IMG/VR virus record: IMGVR_UViG_3300028840_005768
Coordinates: 987 to 64,986 of that record
From: a virus
Length of the DNA: 64,000 nucleotides
Reading direction: 5' to 3' (one strand)
Notes under the pieces: generated by a model
The model's input: only the letters and a program-made list of their open reading frames with translations
What the model was told of the DNA's origin: nothing
The model's database searches: none
Part shown: piece by piece, positions 1 to 8,871 of the stretch
Layout: every line of letters begins with the position of its first letter
How positions within the stretch are numbered: position 1 is the stretch's first letter
Position numbers and translations under genes: made by a program

Positions 1-87
1 GTTGCCCGCAACTTCGGATATCGCGACGTGGCCGAATTCATCCGGGACGGCGGGCTGCAATTCTGCTACTGATTTTCGGATTTTGAT

Positions 88-116
88 TTGACACCAGGTT
101 GCCAGTAGTGTAAACT
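88..116 (+). promoter_or_regulatory. sigma70 promoter TTGACA-17-TAAACT driving the + strand early cassette
   Basis: ttgaca 88-93, 17-nt spacer, taaact 111-116, followed by TGAA as in the - strand early promoters; GGAGG SD and ATG at 139. Confidence 0.85.
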
Positions 117-138
117 TGAATTGGGAGGATTGACAACT

Positions 139-294
139 ATGACGCGCAAGCATTTCCGGGCGATTGCGGAAGCTATCCGCAAGATCGAGTCGTTGCAGCA
201 ACGTGACATCGAGGCGAAGCGCCTTGCCGCTGTCTGCCGTGCTTCTAACCCGCGCTTTGACGATAAGCGCTTCTTTCGGGCTTGTGGCCTTTAA
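139..294 (+). CDS. small phage early protein, 51 aa (MTRKHFRAIAEAIRK...NPRFDDKRFFRACGL)
   Basis: read by hand (below ORF-track cut-off); GGAGG SD; NPRFD..RF..AC ending typical of a common phage family. Confidence 0.75.
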   Translation: MTRKHFRAIAEAIRKIESLQQRDIEAKRLAAVCRASNPRFDDKRFFRACGL

Positions 295-428
295 GGGAGG
301 GTCAACCATGTCATACGCTTGGGAGATTACACCAATCATCCTTGGACGGCTAGAGGGAAAGTGAAACATGCGCCCCGTGTAACCGGGAGCGCATGCGGCG
401 GGAAACATCGAATCCTTGGGAGGATCAA

Positions 429-872
429 ATGAGATACGTTCTGTATGACTTCGACGCGGGTGACCTGGCAACCACGGCCGTTTACACGGACTACCAGGAA
501 GCGGCAACCGATGCCGACCAGTTTGACAACGTGGTTGTCTTGCCCCTCAGCGTGGATGCCCGGCAGGTTATCGTCGACCTGTTGGATTGTTCCGAGCTAA
601 ACCTGGATGACTTGGAGGATTCGACGCAAGCGGCGATCGATTCGGCGCGTGCGTTCCTCGATGACGTGGTGCAAGCGCCTCTGAAAACCGGTGGGCTGGC
701 CGCCGGCCGCTTTGTGATTGCCGCCGGCAACGTGTTCGACGGGATGACGATACACGGCACGTTCCCCACGGGTGAAGAGGCCAACGAATGGGCCGATGTC
801 ACGATTGACGGGGATTGGTGGTGTGTCGCGCTGCAACCCGTCGCGCCCAATCAGGGGCGACTTACGACCTGA
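429..872 (+). CDS. hypothetical acidic protein
   Basis: ORF 393..872; GGAGGA SD before ATG 429. Confidence 0.65.
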   Translation: MRYVLYDFDAGDLATTAVYTDYQEAATDADQFDNVVVLPLSVDARQVIVDLLDCSELNLDDLEDSTQAAIDSARAFLDDVVQAPLKTGGLAAGRFVIAAGNVFDGMTIHGTFPTGEEANEWADVTIDGDWWCVALQPVAPNQGRLTT

Positions 873-1270
873 AAATCGGCGGACCGGAATTCCGGGCCCA
901 ACGTCAATTCCTATTGCGCTTGCAGGCTCTCTGCCCGTCCCCGGAGGATACCGAGTTGCTGGAGGGGTTAATCAACCTCACCGATGCAATCGCCGATCAA
1001 GCGTTCGACCGATACGGCATTGATTGCCTTGCGGACAAAGCCGCGGAGCTTCGGCGCAGGCGTGAAGCGCCGGACACCGGCCCCCTTCCGCTTGCCGCGG
1101 AGTACGTTGCGGCGGGTGGCGGATTCTGCCCTACCTGTCGGTCCGACCAGATCGAGGGCGGTTCGGTCAACTTCGATGGTACACGTTGTGAGCAACGGAT
1201 GACTTGCTTCGCTTGTAGCGCCGTGTGGTTTGACAGCTACACACTGGCATCGGTGCAACCGGAGGTCTAA
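815..1270 (+). CDS. hypothetical protein with C-terminal zinc ribbon (CPTC...CFAC)
   Basis: ORF track; two CxxC pairs; start uncertain. Confidence 0.55.
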   Translation: MVVCRAATRRAQSGATYDLKIGGPEFRAQRQFLLRLQALCPSPEDTELLEGLINLTDAIADQAFDRYGIDCLADKAAELRRRREAPDTGPLPLAAEYVAAGGGFCPTCRSDQIEGGSVNFDGTRCEQRMTCFACSAVWFDSYTLASVQPEV

Positions 1271-1299
1271 CCGAAACCATCATCCGAGGGAAAACGACC

Positions 1300-1758
1300 G
1301 TGCAAACCTACGACTACCAGACTCAGGCAATCATCAACACAAGCATCGAGGCGGATTCACAAGCGCGAGCCGATGAATTGTGGGCTCTCTTCTTGAATCG
1401 TGTCGAGGGGGATATCTGCTACGGTGCGCCGGACACCGGCTTCTACGTGAACGTGGTGAACACGGATGGACAAGCCGCCCTTGCGGCAACTCGCGAGATT
1501 GTTCAAGCGCTCTATGCCGACCGCGAAACCGGCCAGCTCACTGGGGAAAACACGCTGGCCGGTAAATCGGCTTGCGACTTCCTCGACGCCGTAACCGACT
1601 CGCTCGATCGGCACGGTTTCACGCCGGAGTTGAAGGAAACTTGCCCGGAGTGTGGCCGAATCGTCAAGAGCTTCGTTCACAATTGCCCCAACAGCGCGAA
1701 CCAACCGGAGATACACGGGTGCCCTGCTTGTGACGATCGGTGCCCGGAGTGCGAGTGA
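1300..1758 (+). CDS. hypothetical protein with Cys-rich C-terminus
   Basis: ORF track; GAGGG SD; CPEC/CPAC motifs. Confidence 0.6.
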   Translation: MQTYDYQTQAIINTSIEADSQARADELWALFLNRVEGDICYGAPDTGFYVNVVNTDGQAALAATREIVQALYADRETGQLTGENTLAGKSACDFLDAVTDSLDRHGFTPELKETCPECGRIVKSFVHNCPNSANQPEIHGCPACDDRCPECE

Positions 1759-1859
1759 GTTTCAAGGGCGGGTGGTTCCTACGGTAACGTAGGTTACAGC
1801 CCAAAGTGCGCGAAACGGCACGCGCCACCCGCCCCGTTTTCACCTTGGGAGGATCAACC

Positions 1860-2393
1860 TTGAAAACGCGAGAAGTCGAAGTCTACCGCTGTTGGGAGGA
1901 TCATACTTGGGATACCGAATTCGTCGAGGTTCCTGCCGACACCCCGGAAGCGCAGCTTGGCGAAGTCTGCCAGCATGTCGCGCTTGAGAACCTCCGCAAT
2001 AGCGCCGACCTGCCGTGTATGGTTGGTGTCTATTCGGTCCCGGAGTGCGAAGAGCCGGAAGCGGCAATCATGCCAACCAACGATCACCAGCGCGATTTGC
2101 TGGCCCGTGCCGAAGCGGCCGGAATCGTGATTGACAAGCACGGCGGAAGCGCCAACGGATTCCTGCTTTCGGTCCAGGACCGACCGACCCGTCTGCTGTA
2201 CGGAACCACGGCGGTTTTTCAAGCTCTGGCGGCTTTGCTCTGCAACGTCGAGCTACTTCCCCGCGAAGTGCTGGTCGACATCGTGCAAGCGCTGCAAGGC
2301 AGGTTTGACACGACCGGCGCCACTGTGGAATGGGACAACCAAGACGTGGCCCGGACGGTCTACGATAAACTGCAAGAGAAGGGGCTGCTGTGA
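1860..2393 (+). CDS. hypothetical protein
   Basis: ORF 1806..2393; GGAGG SD before TTG at 1860; overlaps next start (GTGA). Confidence 0.6.
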   Translation: MKTREVEVYRCWEDHTWDTEFVEVPADTPEAQLGEVCQHVALENLRNSADLPCMVGVYSVPECEEPEAAIMPTNDHQRDLLARAEAAGIVIDKHGGSANGFLLSVQDRPTRLLYGTTAVFQALAALLCNVELLPREVLVDIVQALQGRFDTTGATVEWDNQDVARTVYDKLQEKGLL

Positions 2394-3118
2394 ATCGAAA
2401 CGGTGTTGTTCTGTACGACGGGCCAAGCCGAATTGACGGCGAGCGCATTGTGGTCATTCTCACCGGATTGAATGATTCGAGTGAGAATCGCAAAACGGGC
2501 ATGATGTTGCAAACCTGGATTCTTCGCGCGGACCGCAAGCCGACCGAAGCGCGGCAAGCCGGTGTCGACTACTCGGTCTGTGGCGATTGCCCGCACCGGG
2601 CCGGCTCTTGCTATGTCAACCTCGGGCAGGGCCCCCGTGCCATTTGGACCTGTTGGGCCTACGGCAAGGGATACGCCCCGTATGATCCGGCAAAGCACGA
2701 CCGGTTGATTGCCGGCCGCCCGCTCCGGCTTGGCTCTTACGGCGATCCTTCCGCGGTCCCCGTCGAAGTGTTCGCACCCCTCTTAGAGGTTGCAGGCAAA
2801 TGGACCGGCTACACCCATCAATGGGACAAGCCGATTGGTGCGGCGTACAAGCCCTACTGTATGGCCAGCGTCGATACGGATGAAGAGGCGCGGGCCGCTG
2901 CCCGGGCGGGTTGGCGATACTTCCAGGTGGTGCCCAAGAGCGTCGAGCCGGCTGGAGCGCTCCGGTGTCCGGCGTCCGAAGAGGCGGGGAAGCAAACGCA
3001 ATGCGAGCGCTGCGGACTCTGCAACGGGCTGTCAGGGTCAAATCGGCCGAGCGTCTTTATCAACGTACACGGGTCAATCGCCCATATCAGCATCTACAAC
3101 AAGGTCGAATTCGCTTGA
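2390..3118 (+). CDS. conserved phage Cys-cluster protein (Gp88-like, radical-SAM-related)
   Basis: KTG.M.QTWIL, CGDCPHR..CY, LRLGSYGDP, WTGYTHQW, C-terminal CPAS..QCERCGLC. Confidence 0.65.
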   Translation: MNRNGVVLYDGPSRIDGERIVVILTGLNDSSENRKTGMMLQTWILRADRKPTEARQAGVDYSVCGDCPHRAGSCYVNLGQGPRAIWTCWAYGKGYAPYDPAKHDRLIAGRPLRLGSYGDPSAVPVEVFAPLLEVAGKWTGYTHQWDKPIGAAYKPYCMASVDTDEEARAAARAGWRYFQVVPKSVEPAGALRCPASEEAGKQTQCERCGLCNGLSGSNRPSVFINVHGSIAHISIYNKVEFA

Positions 3119-3142
3119 ACATGTCACTCCTCCCAAGTGACC

Positions 3143-3177
3143 GAGGGGGCCCGTTGTGGTGGCGGGCCCCCTCTTCT
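3143..3177 (+). terminator. rho-independent terminator ending + strand cassette
   Basis: 11-bp perfect stem gagggggcccg/cgggccccctc followed by ttct. Confidence 0.75.
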
Positions 3178-3274
3178 ATGCGCCTATCAGGCCCCCTAAT
3201 GGTGCTGGTGCTGGCCTGGGGCCCGGCGCTGAGCCCGGCTCCCGGTGTCCGGTCGCCCCACTCCGGCCGCTGGC

Positions 3275-3423
3275 CCGGGGACCCCGCTCGGGCCGCCGGG
3301 CGCCCCGCTCGGGCCGCCCCGCTCTGGCCGCCCCGCTCTGGCCGCCCCGCTCTGGCCGCCCCGCTCTGGCCGCCCCGCTCTGGCCGCCCCGCTCTGGCCG
3401 CCCCGCTCTGGCCGCCCCGCTCT
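3275..3423. repeat. GC-rich 14-bp tandem repeat (GGCCGCCCCGCTCT) x8 perfect at 3312-3423 plus degenerate upstream copies
   Basis: direct reading. Confidence 0.95.
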
Positions 3424-3442
3424 GAGGCCGGTCGCCCGGTCA

Positions 3443-3559
3443 TCTAACCGTGGCGTCGACTGGGGGAATCGGTTCTAACCGTGGATCCCGCCGGGTACGA
3501 TGGGGTCTTGATCTAACCGTGGATCCCGCCGGGCGCAATGGCGTCTTTGATCTAACCGG
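3443..3559. repeat. four iteron-like TCTAACCG(TGG) motifs at 3443, 3474, 3512, 3551; 22-bp TCTAACCGTGGATCCCGCCGGG present twice
   Basis: direct reading; spacing 31/38/39 nt; intergenic. Confidence 0.85.
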
Positions 3560-3735
3560 TGAGTTACACGGGCGGATTGGCGCCTGTCGTGCCACCTCGA
3601 GTCTGATTGATCTTGATGTCAGTCTGCTGGTGTCAGTCTGTTGGCGAGGGCGAGAAGGCCTAGAAATGAGTGACCCGGCAACCGAAGGCCGGTTACCGGG
3701 CCACGTCACTATGAATGACTGAATCTAAGTGCCAC

Positions 3736-4014
3736 TCAATGCGTCTGCTGAATCAAGTACTCAATTACTTCAAGCAGGGTGGACCACGGGAAGATTTGCT
3801 CTTGTAGCTGTTCTTGAGAGAGTTGCTGGAGATTCGCCGGCAATTGCCAGCGTTCTGTTTCAGTCAAGTCTCGCTGTTTTGTTAGACACAGGACTGCTAA
3901 TTCAGCGGCAACGGTTTTGCTACGCTGTGCGAGCGCGTACCGTAGCACGGGGAGACTGTGTTCATTGAGCTTGATGTTTCTGATCACTGTCTTATCCTGT
4001 GCATTTGACGACAT
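3736..4014 (-). CDS. hypothetical protein
   Basis: ORF track; overlaps end of capsid-like ORF. Confidence 0.5.
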   Translation of the reverse strand: MSSNAQDKTVIRNIKLNEHSLPVLRYALAQRSKTVAAELAVLCLTKQRDLTETERWQLPANLQQLSQEQLQEQIFPWSTLLEVIEYLIQQTH

Positions 4015-4838
4015 ATCGCGGGTTGTTAATGGTTGCTACTCCCTGCTCGCTCGCCTTGAAGCGCAGGAAGGCACCATTGTCCAATGCCGTGGGAACCACA
4101 GTGATTGGCCAAGCTTCTTTATAGCGAAAGGCCAAGCTGAAGTCACCGAGGAACCAACATTTCCTGGCGTAATCAACAGGTGCCCCAGAGGCAATCATTC
4201 GACGGTATGCCAATCGGCTTTCTACCACCTGAATGTTGGTATCTTGAAATAGACGGCACGCTAGGTGACGGTTTGCTGGCATTATGAGTGCGGTTGTGGC
4301 CACTCCTCTATGAAACAGTTGTTCAATAGCTGAGTCGACATTCTCCCAGTTCAGCAATTCATTACACGTTAGACAGTTTTCGGGTCTGATCACCCTGTCC
4401 AAGATGCGTTTCTCTTTGATCAATCCAAGTATCTCGCCTACTTCGGATGCTCGTTCCAGAATCTTCGCTGTGCGATCATATTGAACATCATCTACGGTAG
4501 CTGAAATGATCAGTCCGGCTGTGGTGTGCGGATTCCCATCCGTTTTCACCGGTACCCTGGTCACCAGTTTGGAAACGGTAAAGGCCGCTTGTGAGAAGGA
4601 CTCCTTGATCTTGATCTTGATCATCTCGTGAACGACGGCAGCAAAGCGCCCCCCACGTAACGGGTTTGGGAACATCTTGCAGTTCCATCCACGATGGTCC
4701 CATGAACACTTCGGCCAGGTCTCGAAGACTCAGGTCTTCTGGTTTGATTGTTCCAAAGCCGAGACTTTGAATGAGGTGTCTGACTACTTCAGCTGGACCA
4801 ATTCGTTTGCATCGTCGCTGTAGGTGGTGGTAGTTCAT
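3992..4838 (-). pseudogene. major-capsid-like gene (Mu gpT/HK97-like) split by a +1 frameshift at a G6 run (4649-4654); 281 aa if G5
   Basis: N-part ORF 4488..4838 (..IKPEDLSLRDLAEVF..) and C-part ORF 3992..4675 (..RASEVGEILGLIKEKRILD..WFLGDFSLAFRYKEAWPITV..RFKASEQG..NPRYVVK) join in frame if one G is removed; resemblance to planctomycete-phage capsids recalled, not searched. Confidence 0.6.
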
Positions 4839-5161
4839 GTCGTTAGCGCCTCGCGGATGCGTGTCAATTGTTCCAAGGTCATCTCTTTGAGACGGCGATA
4901 CTCACAGGCACCGGCGATCATGTGGCATAGCCTGTTGTGCCGTACCTGCTCTTGAAGCTGTTCGACTTCGCCAGCTACAGGTAAGCGGAGGTAGCCTCTG
5001 TTGAACCTGCTACTTCCGACCTGGAATCCATCTCGCTTGCGATATCGACCGTGACCGATGACGATTTGCGTCTTGGTGACTCGATCAACGGTAACGAGAT
5101 CCTTTTTGCGGTTCCAGGTACGGACCAGCTCGTCACCAGCTTGAACATTCTCAAGGCTCAT
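4835..5161 (-). CDS. hypothetical phage protein (SH3-like beta N-terminus)
   Basis: ORF track; ATGA-type overlaps with neighbours. Confidence 0.65.
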   Translation of the reverse strand: MSLENVQAGDELVRTWNRKKDLVTVDRVTKTQIVIGHGRYRKRDGFQVGSSRFNRGYLRLPVAGEVEQLQEQVRHNRLCHMIAGACEYRRLKEMTLEQLTRIREALTT

Positions 5162-5894
5162 TCCATCCCTCCAGCACTCTATCTTTGGCCTGTTGTTTGG
5201 AATCGCAAACTCCCTGCCCTATGTTCCATTGATGGTATCGTGATTTCCAACGCCACCAGTTCCATCGGGTATCAGCTCGCAAGGATACTGAGCCAAGACG
5301 TTCAATGATGTCGCCGCCGGCATGGATATCGACGCGGTAGTATCCGTTCTGCCAAATCGCCAAGCGCCGGCACAGCGCGGTGTTCTCTGGCGTCAGCAAT
5401 GCCGGCCTCTTGTGAATCGACCAGCGGCTATTGCTCACACGCACAATCGCCTCTTCCATGATGTACTGGAGCCCGTCGCTGATACTCATTTTCGCGAGCC
5501 AGTTGTCACGGTCGAATGGTTTCCCGAAGAGCCGTTTCAACGCCTCATCGATTGTCTCGTGGTCGGGTGAATCAATGTCGTCTTCTTGCCAGAGAACGCC
5601 GTAGAGTTCTGGGTGAGCCTCATAAAAGGCTTGTGCCATAGTGTTCTGTTGAGGATCCCAGGGTGGATCAATCGGTCCATGGTTGCAGCCTGCTACAACC
5701 ATTGTTCCGCAGACTTCACAGCGAAACATTCCAAGCGGAACATCAACGAGCAATTCGGTAGGTATTGGACAGACACCACGCGACAAGGTCATGTGCCACT
5801 GGTCGAGCGTCCACTCCCGCAGCTGTTCGATCTTTGTGTCATATTCTTCAATGCTCATTGCTGCTCCAGGTAAAGGCGCCGGCATTCTGCACAA
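5151..5894 (-). CDS. hypothetical protein
   Basis: ORF track; CEVC zinc motif; start probably MSIEEY. Confidence 0.55.
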   Translation of the reverse strand: MCRMPAPLPGAAMSIEEYDTKIEQLREWTLDQWHMTLSRGVCPIPTELLVDVPLGMFRCEVCGTMVVAGCNHGPIDPPWDPQQNTMAQAFYEAHPELYGVLWQEDDIDSPDHETIDEALKRLFGKPFDRDNWLAKMSISDGLQYIMEEAIVRVSNSRWSIHKRPALLTPENTALCRRLAIWQNGYYRVDIHAGGDIIERLGSVSLRADTRWNWWRWKSRYHQWNIGQGVCDSKQQAKDRVLEGWNEP

Positions 5895-6124
5895 ATGTGA
5901 TCTCGGGCCACATTGGACGGAGTGATTTCCATTTCAAGATCCCATCCTTGCTTCACAACTCCACAGAGTGACAGTGTGTCGATACCGCCGCCCATCTTAC
6001 GACCTTGTTCTGTCAAGGGGCGGATGTGCCACTTTGACCACGGTGTGGCATTGACACGTTCACAGAAGGCGTAGTCGGTCATGTCGGATGTACTTTCGCA
6101 GGCGGCGTAGGAGACGAAGTTCAC
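5855..6124 (-). CDS. hypothetical Cys/His protein
   Basis: ORF track; WHIR..LSLCG..CAEC. Confidence 0.55.
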   Translation of the reverse strand: MNFVSYAACESTSDMTDYAFCERVNATPWSKWHIRPLTEQGRKMGGGIDTLSLCGVVKQGWDLEMEITPSNVARDHICAECRRLYLEQQ

Positions 6125-6150
6125 GGAACCAACGGATCATGGGTTACTCC

Positions 6151-6441
6151 TTAACGGGGTGGTAATCGTGATGCTTGGTAAGCACCTCCGGGTGAGGGCA
6201 ATGGTCTCTGCTGCCGCTTCAGCTCGGCAACCTCGGCCTCCAACGCTTTCACGCGTTCGGCGAGGCACCAGCTTTCACGGGTGAGTCGCATCTTGGCGGC
6301 GTTGATGTCTTCTTGACCAACGACGTCCCAAACAAAGCGCTCCTGCACACGGGTGAGTTCACCTTTGAGATGGGCTTCAGCTACCCTCCGTTGGCTGCCG
6401 CCGTATGCATCCAATAGGTCTCGGGCTCCAATCTTCATCAT
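6151..6441 (-). CDS. hypothetical coiled-coil protein
   Basis: ORF track; overlapping stop/start. Confidence 0.55.
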   Translation of the reverse strand: MMKIGARDLLDAYGGSQRRVAEAHLKGELTRVQERFVWDVVGQEDINAAKMRLTRESWCLAERVKALEAEVAELKRQQRPLPSPGGAYQASRLPPR

Positions 6442-7496
6442 TCCTCCACTAGCCAGGTCATGTCATCCATGAGGGTGTCTTCGTCTTCGATGTCTTGTCG
6501 GATGGAGTGCAAGTGCTCATCGAATCCGGTTCGTCCGAAGAATGTCCGCACATAGTTTCGTACCGCTTCCCGACGTGCTGCGAATCGGTCACGCGCGTTC
6601 GGGCCGAGGTACTTCTCGACGGCTTCTCGGCATAGAGTCTCTGCGATTGCTGGGTCGGTCACCAGCACGTTGGATTCACACTTTCGTTCCCCGATTTCTC
6701 CAAGGTAGTTTTGCACATAGTCGGATTCGTAGTTCCGATGGCTTGGGCTCGCGAGGTTCTTGCCCGACCCGGTGATCAGATTGTCGATCCAAGTGAAGCC
6801 ATTCTCCTCGATGAAGTTGAAGTTCAGGCCGAATCGATCGATCTTGAGATCATACGGATCATACCCTTCGGTTCCGTCGGCCCATGCGATATCACGTAGG
6901 TCACGAAGGTTCTTTCGCAAGAATTCGGAGATGCGTAACCCATCAGGGTCGTGGTCTCCACAGTAGAGTAGGACACACTTGAGCCCCTTCTCCTCTGCTT
7001 CGAGAAAACGCCGAGCATACTCTGCTCGTTGGAGCATTGAGGACCAACCCTTGGCGTTGGCGATCGGGATGTGGTACTCGGCACAGATCGGCCGGAAGAG
7101 TGTTACCAGGTCGATCTTCTCGACGACCATTTGGATGTAGTAGTGTTCTCCATGCCACCAGTTGACTTCGTATTGTTCAGCGGCTTGCTCCAAGCTGTTG
7201 AGCCACCCGTGTAGATCCTGAACGGGCGAAATGCGGGCAACTTTCTCGACGCCTTGGAATTGTCTGGCGTCTTCTTCGGCAACAAAGTCGATCGGCAGGA
7301 TGCCTCGACGTCGGCATCGGTTGACCCATGTCTCGACCTTGTTGAATTCATTCTTGGTAATTGCGTTAGCCTGCTCCAGGATGTAGCACCATCCACGCGC
7401 GGAGACGCGAAAACCGATCTGCTCGCTCAGACCGAGTAGCAGGGCGGCGAATTCACGTAGGCGGCGACCGTTGCTTGTTTGGTTGAAGTCGAACAT
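6438..7496 (-). CDS. Spo11/topoisomerase VI-A-like protein (WHD + TOPRIM)
   Basis: SARGWCY (putative catalytic Tyr helix), MVVEK (TOPRIM Glu), KGWSS, LYCGDHDPDG (DxD). Confidence 0.75.
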   Translation of the reverse strand: MFDFNQTSNGRRLREFAALLLGLSEQIGFRVSARGWCYILEQANAITKNEFNKVETWVNRCRRRGILPIDFVAEEDARQFQGVEKVARISPVQDLHGWLNSLEQAAEQYEVNWWHGEHYYIQMVVEKIDLVTLFRPICAEYHIPIANAKGWSSMLQRAEYARRFLEAEEKGLKCVLLYCGDHDPDGLRISEFLRKNLRDLRDIAWADGTEGYDPYDLKIDRFGLNFNFIEENGFTWIDNLITGSGKNLASPSHRNYESDYVQNYLGEIGERKCESNVLVTDPAIAETLCREAVEKYLGPNARDRFAARREAVRNYVRTFFGRTGFDEHLHSIRQDIEDEDTLMDDMTWLVEE

Positions 7497-7651
7497 CAGG
7501 CTGCCGCCTCGCGGGGACAGGTATCTTCGACGAGCTGGAAGTGCTCGAAGTGCTTACGGCAGAGATTCTGCCCTTCGATCTTCACGTAGCCCGACCTGCC
7601 GCACTTGCTGCAGGGACCGTCTGCTGGGATGATCTTGATGTCAGGTTCCAT
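7496..7651 (-). CDS. 51-aa zinc-finger protein (MEPDIKIIPADGPCSKCGRS..LCRKHF..)
   Basis: read by hand; stop overlaps next ATG; CxxC..CxxH. Confidence 0.55.
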   Translation of the reverse strand: MEPDIKIIPADGPCSKCGRSGYVKIEGQNLCRKHFEHFQLVEDTCPREAAA

Positions 7652-7697
7652 GTTGTTTCTCCCTGGGGGATGCGGGCGAGCGGCCCACTCTCAAAAG

Positions 7698-8108
7698 TTA
7701 AACGGATTTGCTCGGGCTCCGATGTTTCGAGCAGGTACAATGGCTCCCGGTCACGATAAAGTTGTCACGTTCATCCTTGCTGGTGTAGCTATCCTTTTCG
7801 GGGATGTAATGAGACTCATGTAGCTCGCCGAACACGTTACGATAGATGTCTCGGGCTTCATCTACGTTGGCCACCTCGACCACGGACGTCTCTTTGTGGA
7901 AGTGGTCGTTGACGAATTCGTCTTCGTACCATTCATCGATTGTCAATCGGCCACAGTGACACGGGTAGAGAACAACCTTGGTCAGGTGGCCCCACTTGCG
8001 GTGGCATTGGAGGATTCGGAGTAGACACTGATACTTCTGCTTCAGAATCTGTGCGACCGACGTACGGGTACTCTTGCCGTCTAACCAGTGGAAGCGGAAT
8101 CGTTTCAT
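7698..8108 (-). CDS. hypothetical protein
   Basis: ORF track. Confidence 0.5.
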   Translation of the reverse strand: MKRFRFHWLDGKSTRTSVAQILKQKYQCLLRILQCHRKWGHLTKVVLYPCHCGRLTIDEWYEDEFVNDHFHKETSVVEVANVDEARDIYRNVFGELHESHYIPEKDSYTSKDERDNFIVTGSHCTCSKHRSPSKSV

Positions 8109-8368
8109 GCTCTGATCTTCATCATCAGTGCATCGACGGCATCCTTGGCCTCTTTCAGTCCGTCACCGGTACGTTGACGCCAGAGTTTGATGGCGTCGAG
8201 CTTCCGGCCACTTTGTGCAATGGCGAGTATTTCTTGCTCCATGGAAGAGGGTCGATTGGCGGCGTCCACGACCACCTTGGGCCGCCGTTTGGCGATCTCG
8301 AGGACGAGCGCTCGGAAGTCAGTTCCGTCCTTGGTGATGATGTCGATGGCTTCGGCGTAGTAGTTCAT
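8105..8368 (-). CDS. ribosomal protein bL12 (L7/L12) C-terminal-like domain protein
   Basis: GRKLDAIKLWRQRTGDGLKEAKDAVD matches the K..IK..R..TG.GLKEAK..V signature. Confidence 0.75.
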   Translation of the reverse strand: MNYYAEAIDIITKDGTDFRALVLEIAKRRPKVVVDAANRPSSMEQEILAIAQSGRKLDAIKLWRQRTGDGLKEAKDAVDALMMKIRA

Positions 8369-8871
8369 GAGTCCCTCCAGCTTTCATTGCGTTTGATTCG
8401 CCCAATATGTTTGACATGGACGCCGTGTCGTTGGGCGAGAATACGATGTGACTCATTGGAAGCACGTATGTCACATACATCTTGTTTGGAGAGCTTCCTT
8501 CGTACGCATTGCTCGCCGCGTGGTTGGTTGTTACGTCCTTTCGCGTGGCAATCATGGATGTTGTCAGTTATTGTCCCTAGCCAAAGATGATGTGGATTAA
8601 CACATCCGGGTGTATCACATGAATGGCAGACCTCAAAAGCGCCGGGGTCTTTATGGTAATGGATGCGGTAGGCAACTCGTGTTGCCATACGCATACATCC
8701 ATTCAACCAGAATTGCCCGTATCCACTGCCGTTGTTCGCCCCACGCCATTGCCAACATTCATCGTTTCTTCCTTGTTTCACTTTAGACCAGAATCGTTTC
8801 TGGTCGGTTTGGTTCATCTTGGGGATGGGTTTGTGTTTCATGTCTGTTTTCAACGATGACTCGTTGGACAA
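8365..8871 (-). CDS. HNH homing endonuclease with C-terminal HTH
   Basis: RFWSKV..CWQW..GYG..VCHSCDTPGCVNPHHL..GT..DN. Confidence 0.9.
   Translation of the reverse strand: MSNESSLKTDMKHKPIPKMNQTDQKRFWSKVKQGRNDECWQWRGANNGSGYGQFWLNGCMRMATRVAYRIHYHKDPGAFEVCHSCDTPGCVNPHHLWLGTITDNIHDCHAKGRNNQPRGEQCVRRKLSKQDVCDIRASNESHRILAQRHGVHVKHIGRIKRNESWRDS

Noticed and set aside
2911-3478. ORFs spanning the GC minisatellite (PPRSGRPALAAPLW repeats)
   Set aside because: They result from a stop-free tandem repeat in several frames and cross a terminator.
4665-4671. CCCAAAC slippery heptamer as a programmed frameshift joining the capsid-like halves
   Set aside because: It is in the wrong phase and direction (a +1 shift is needed); the G6 run explains the break better.
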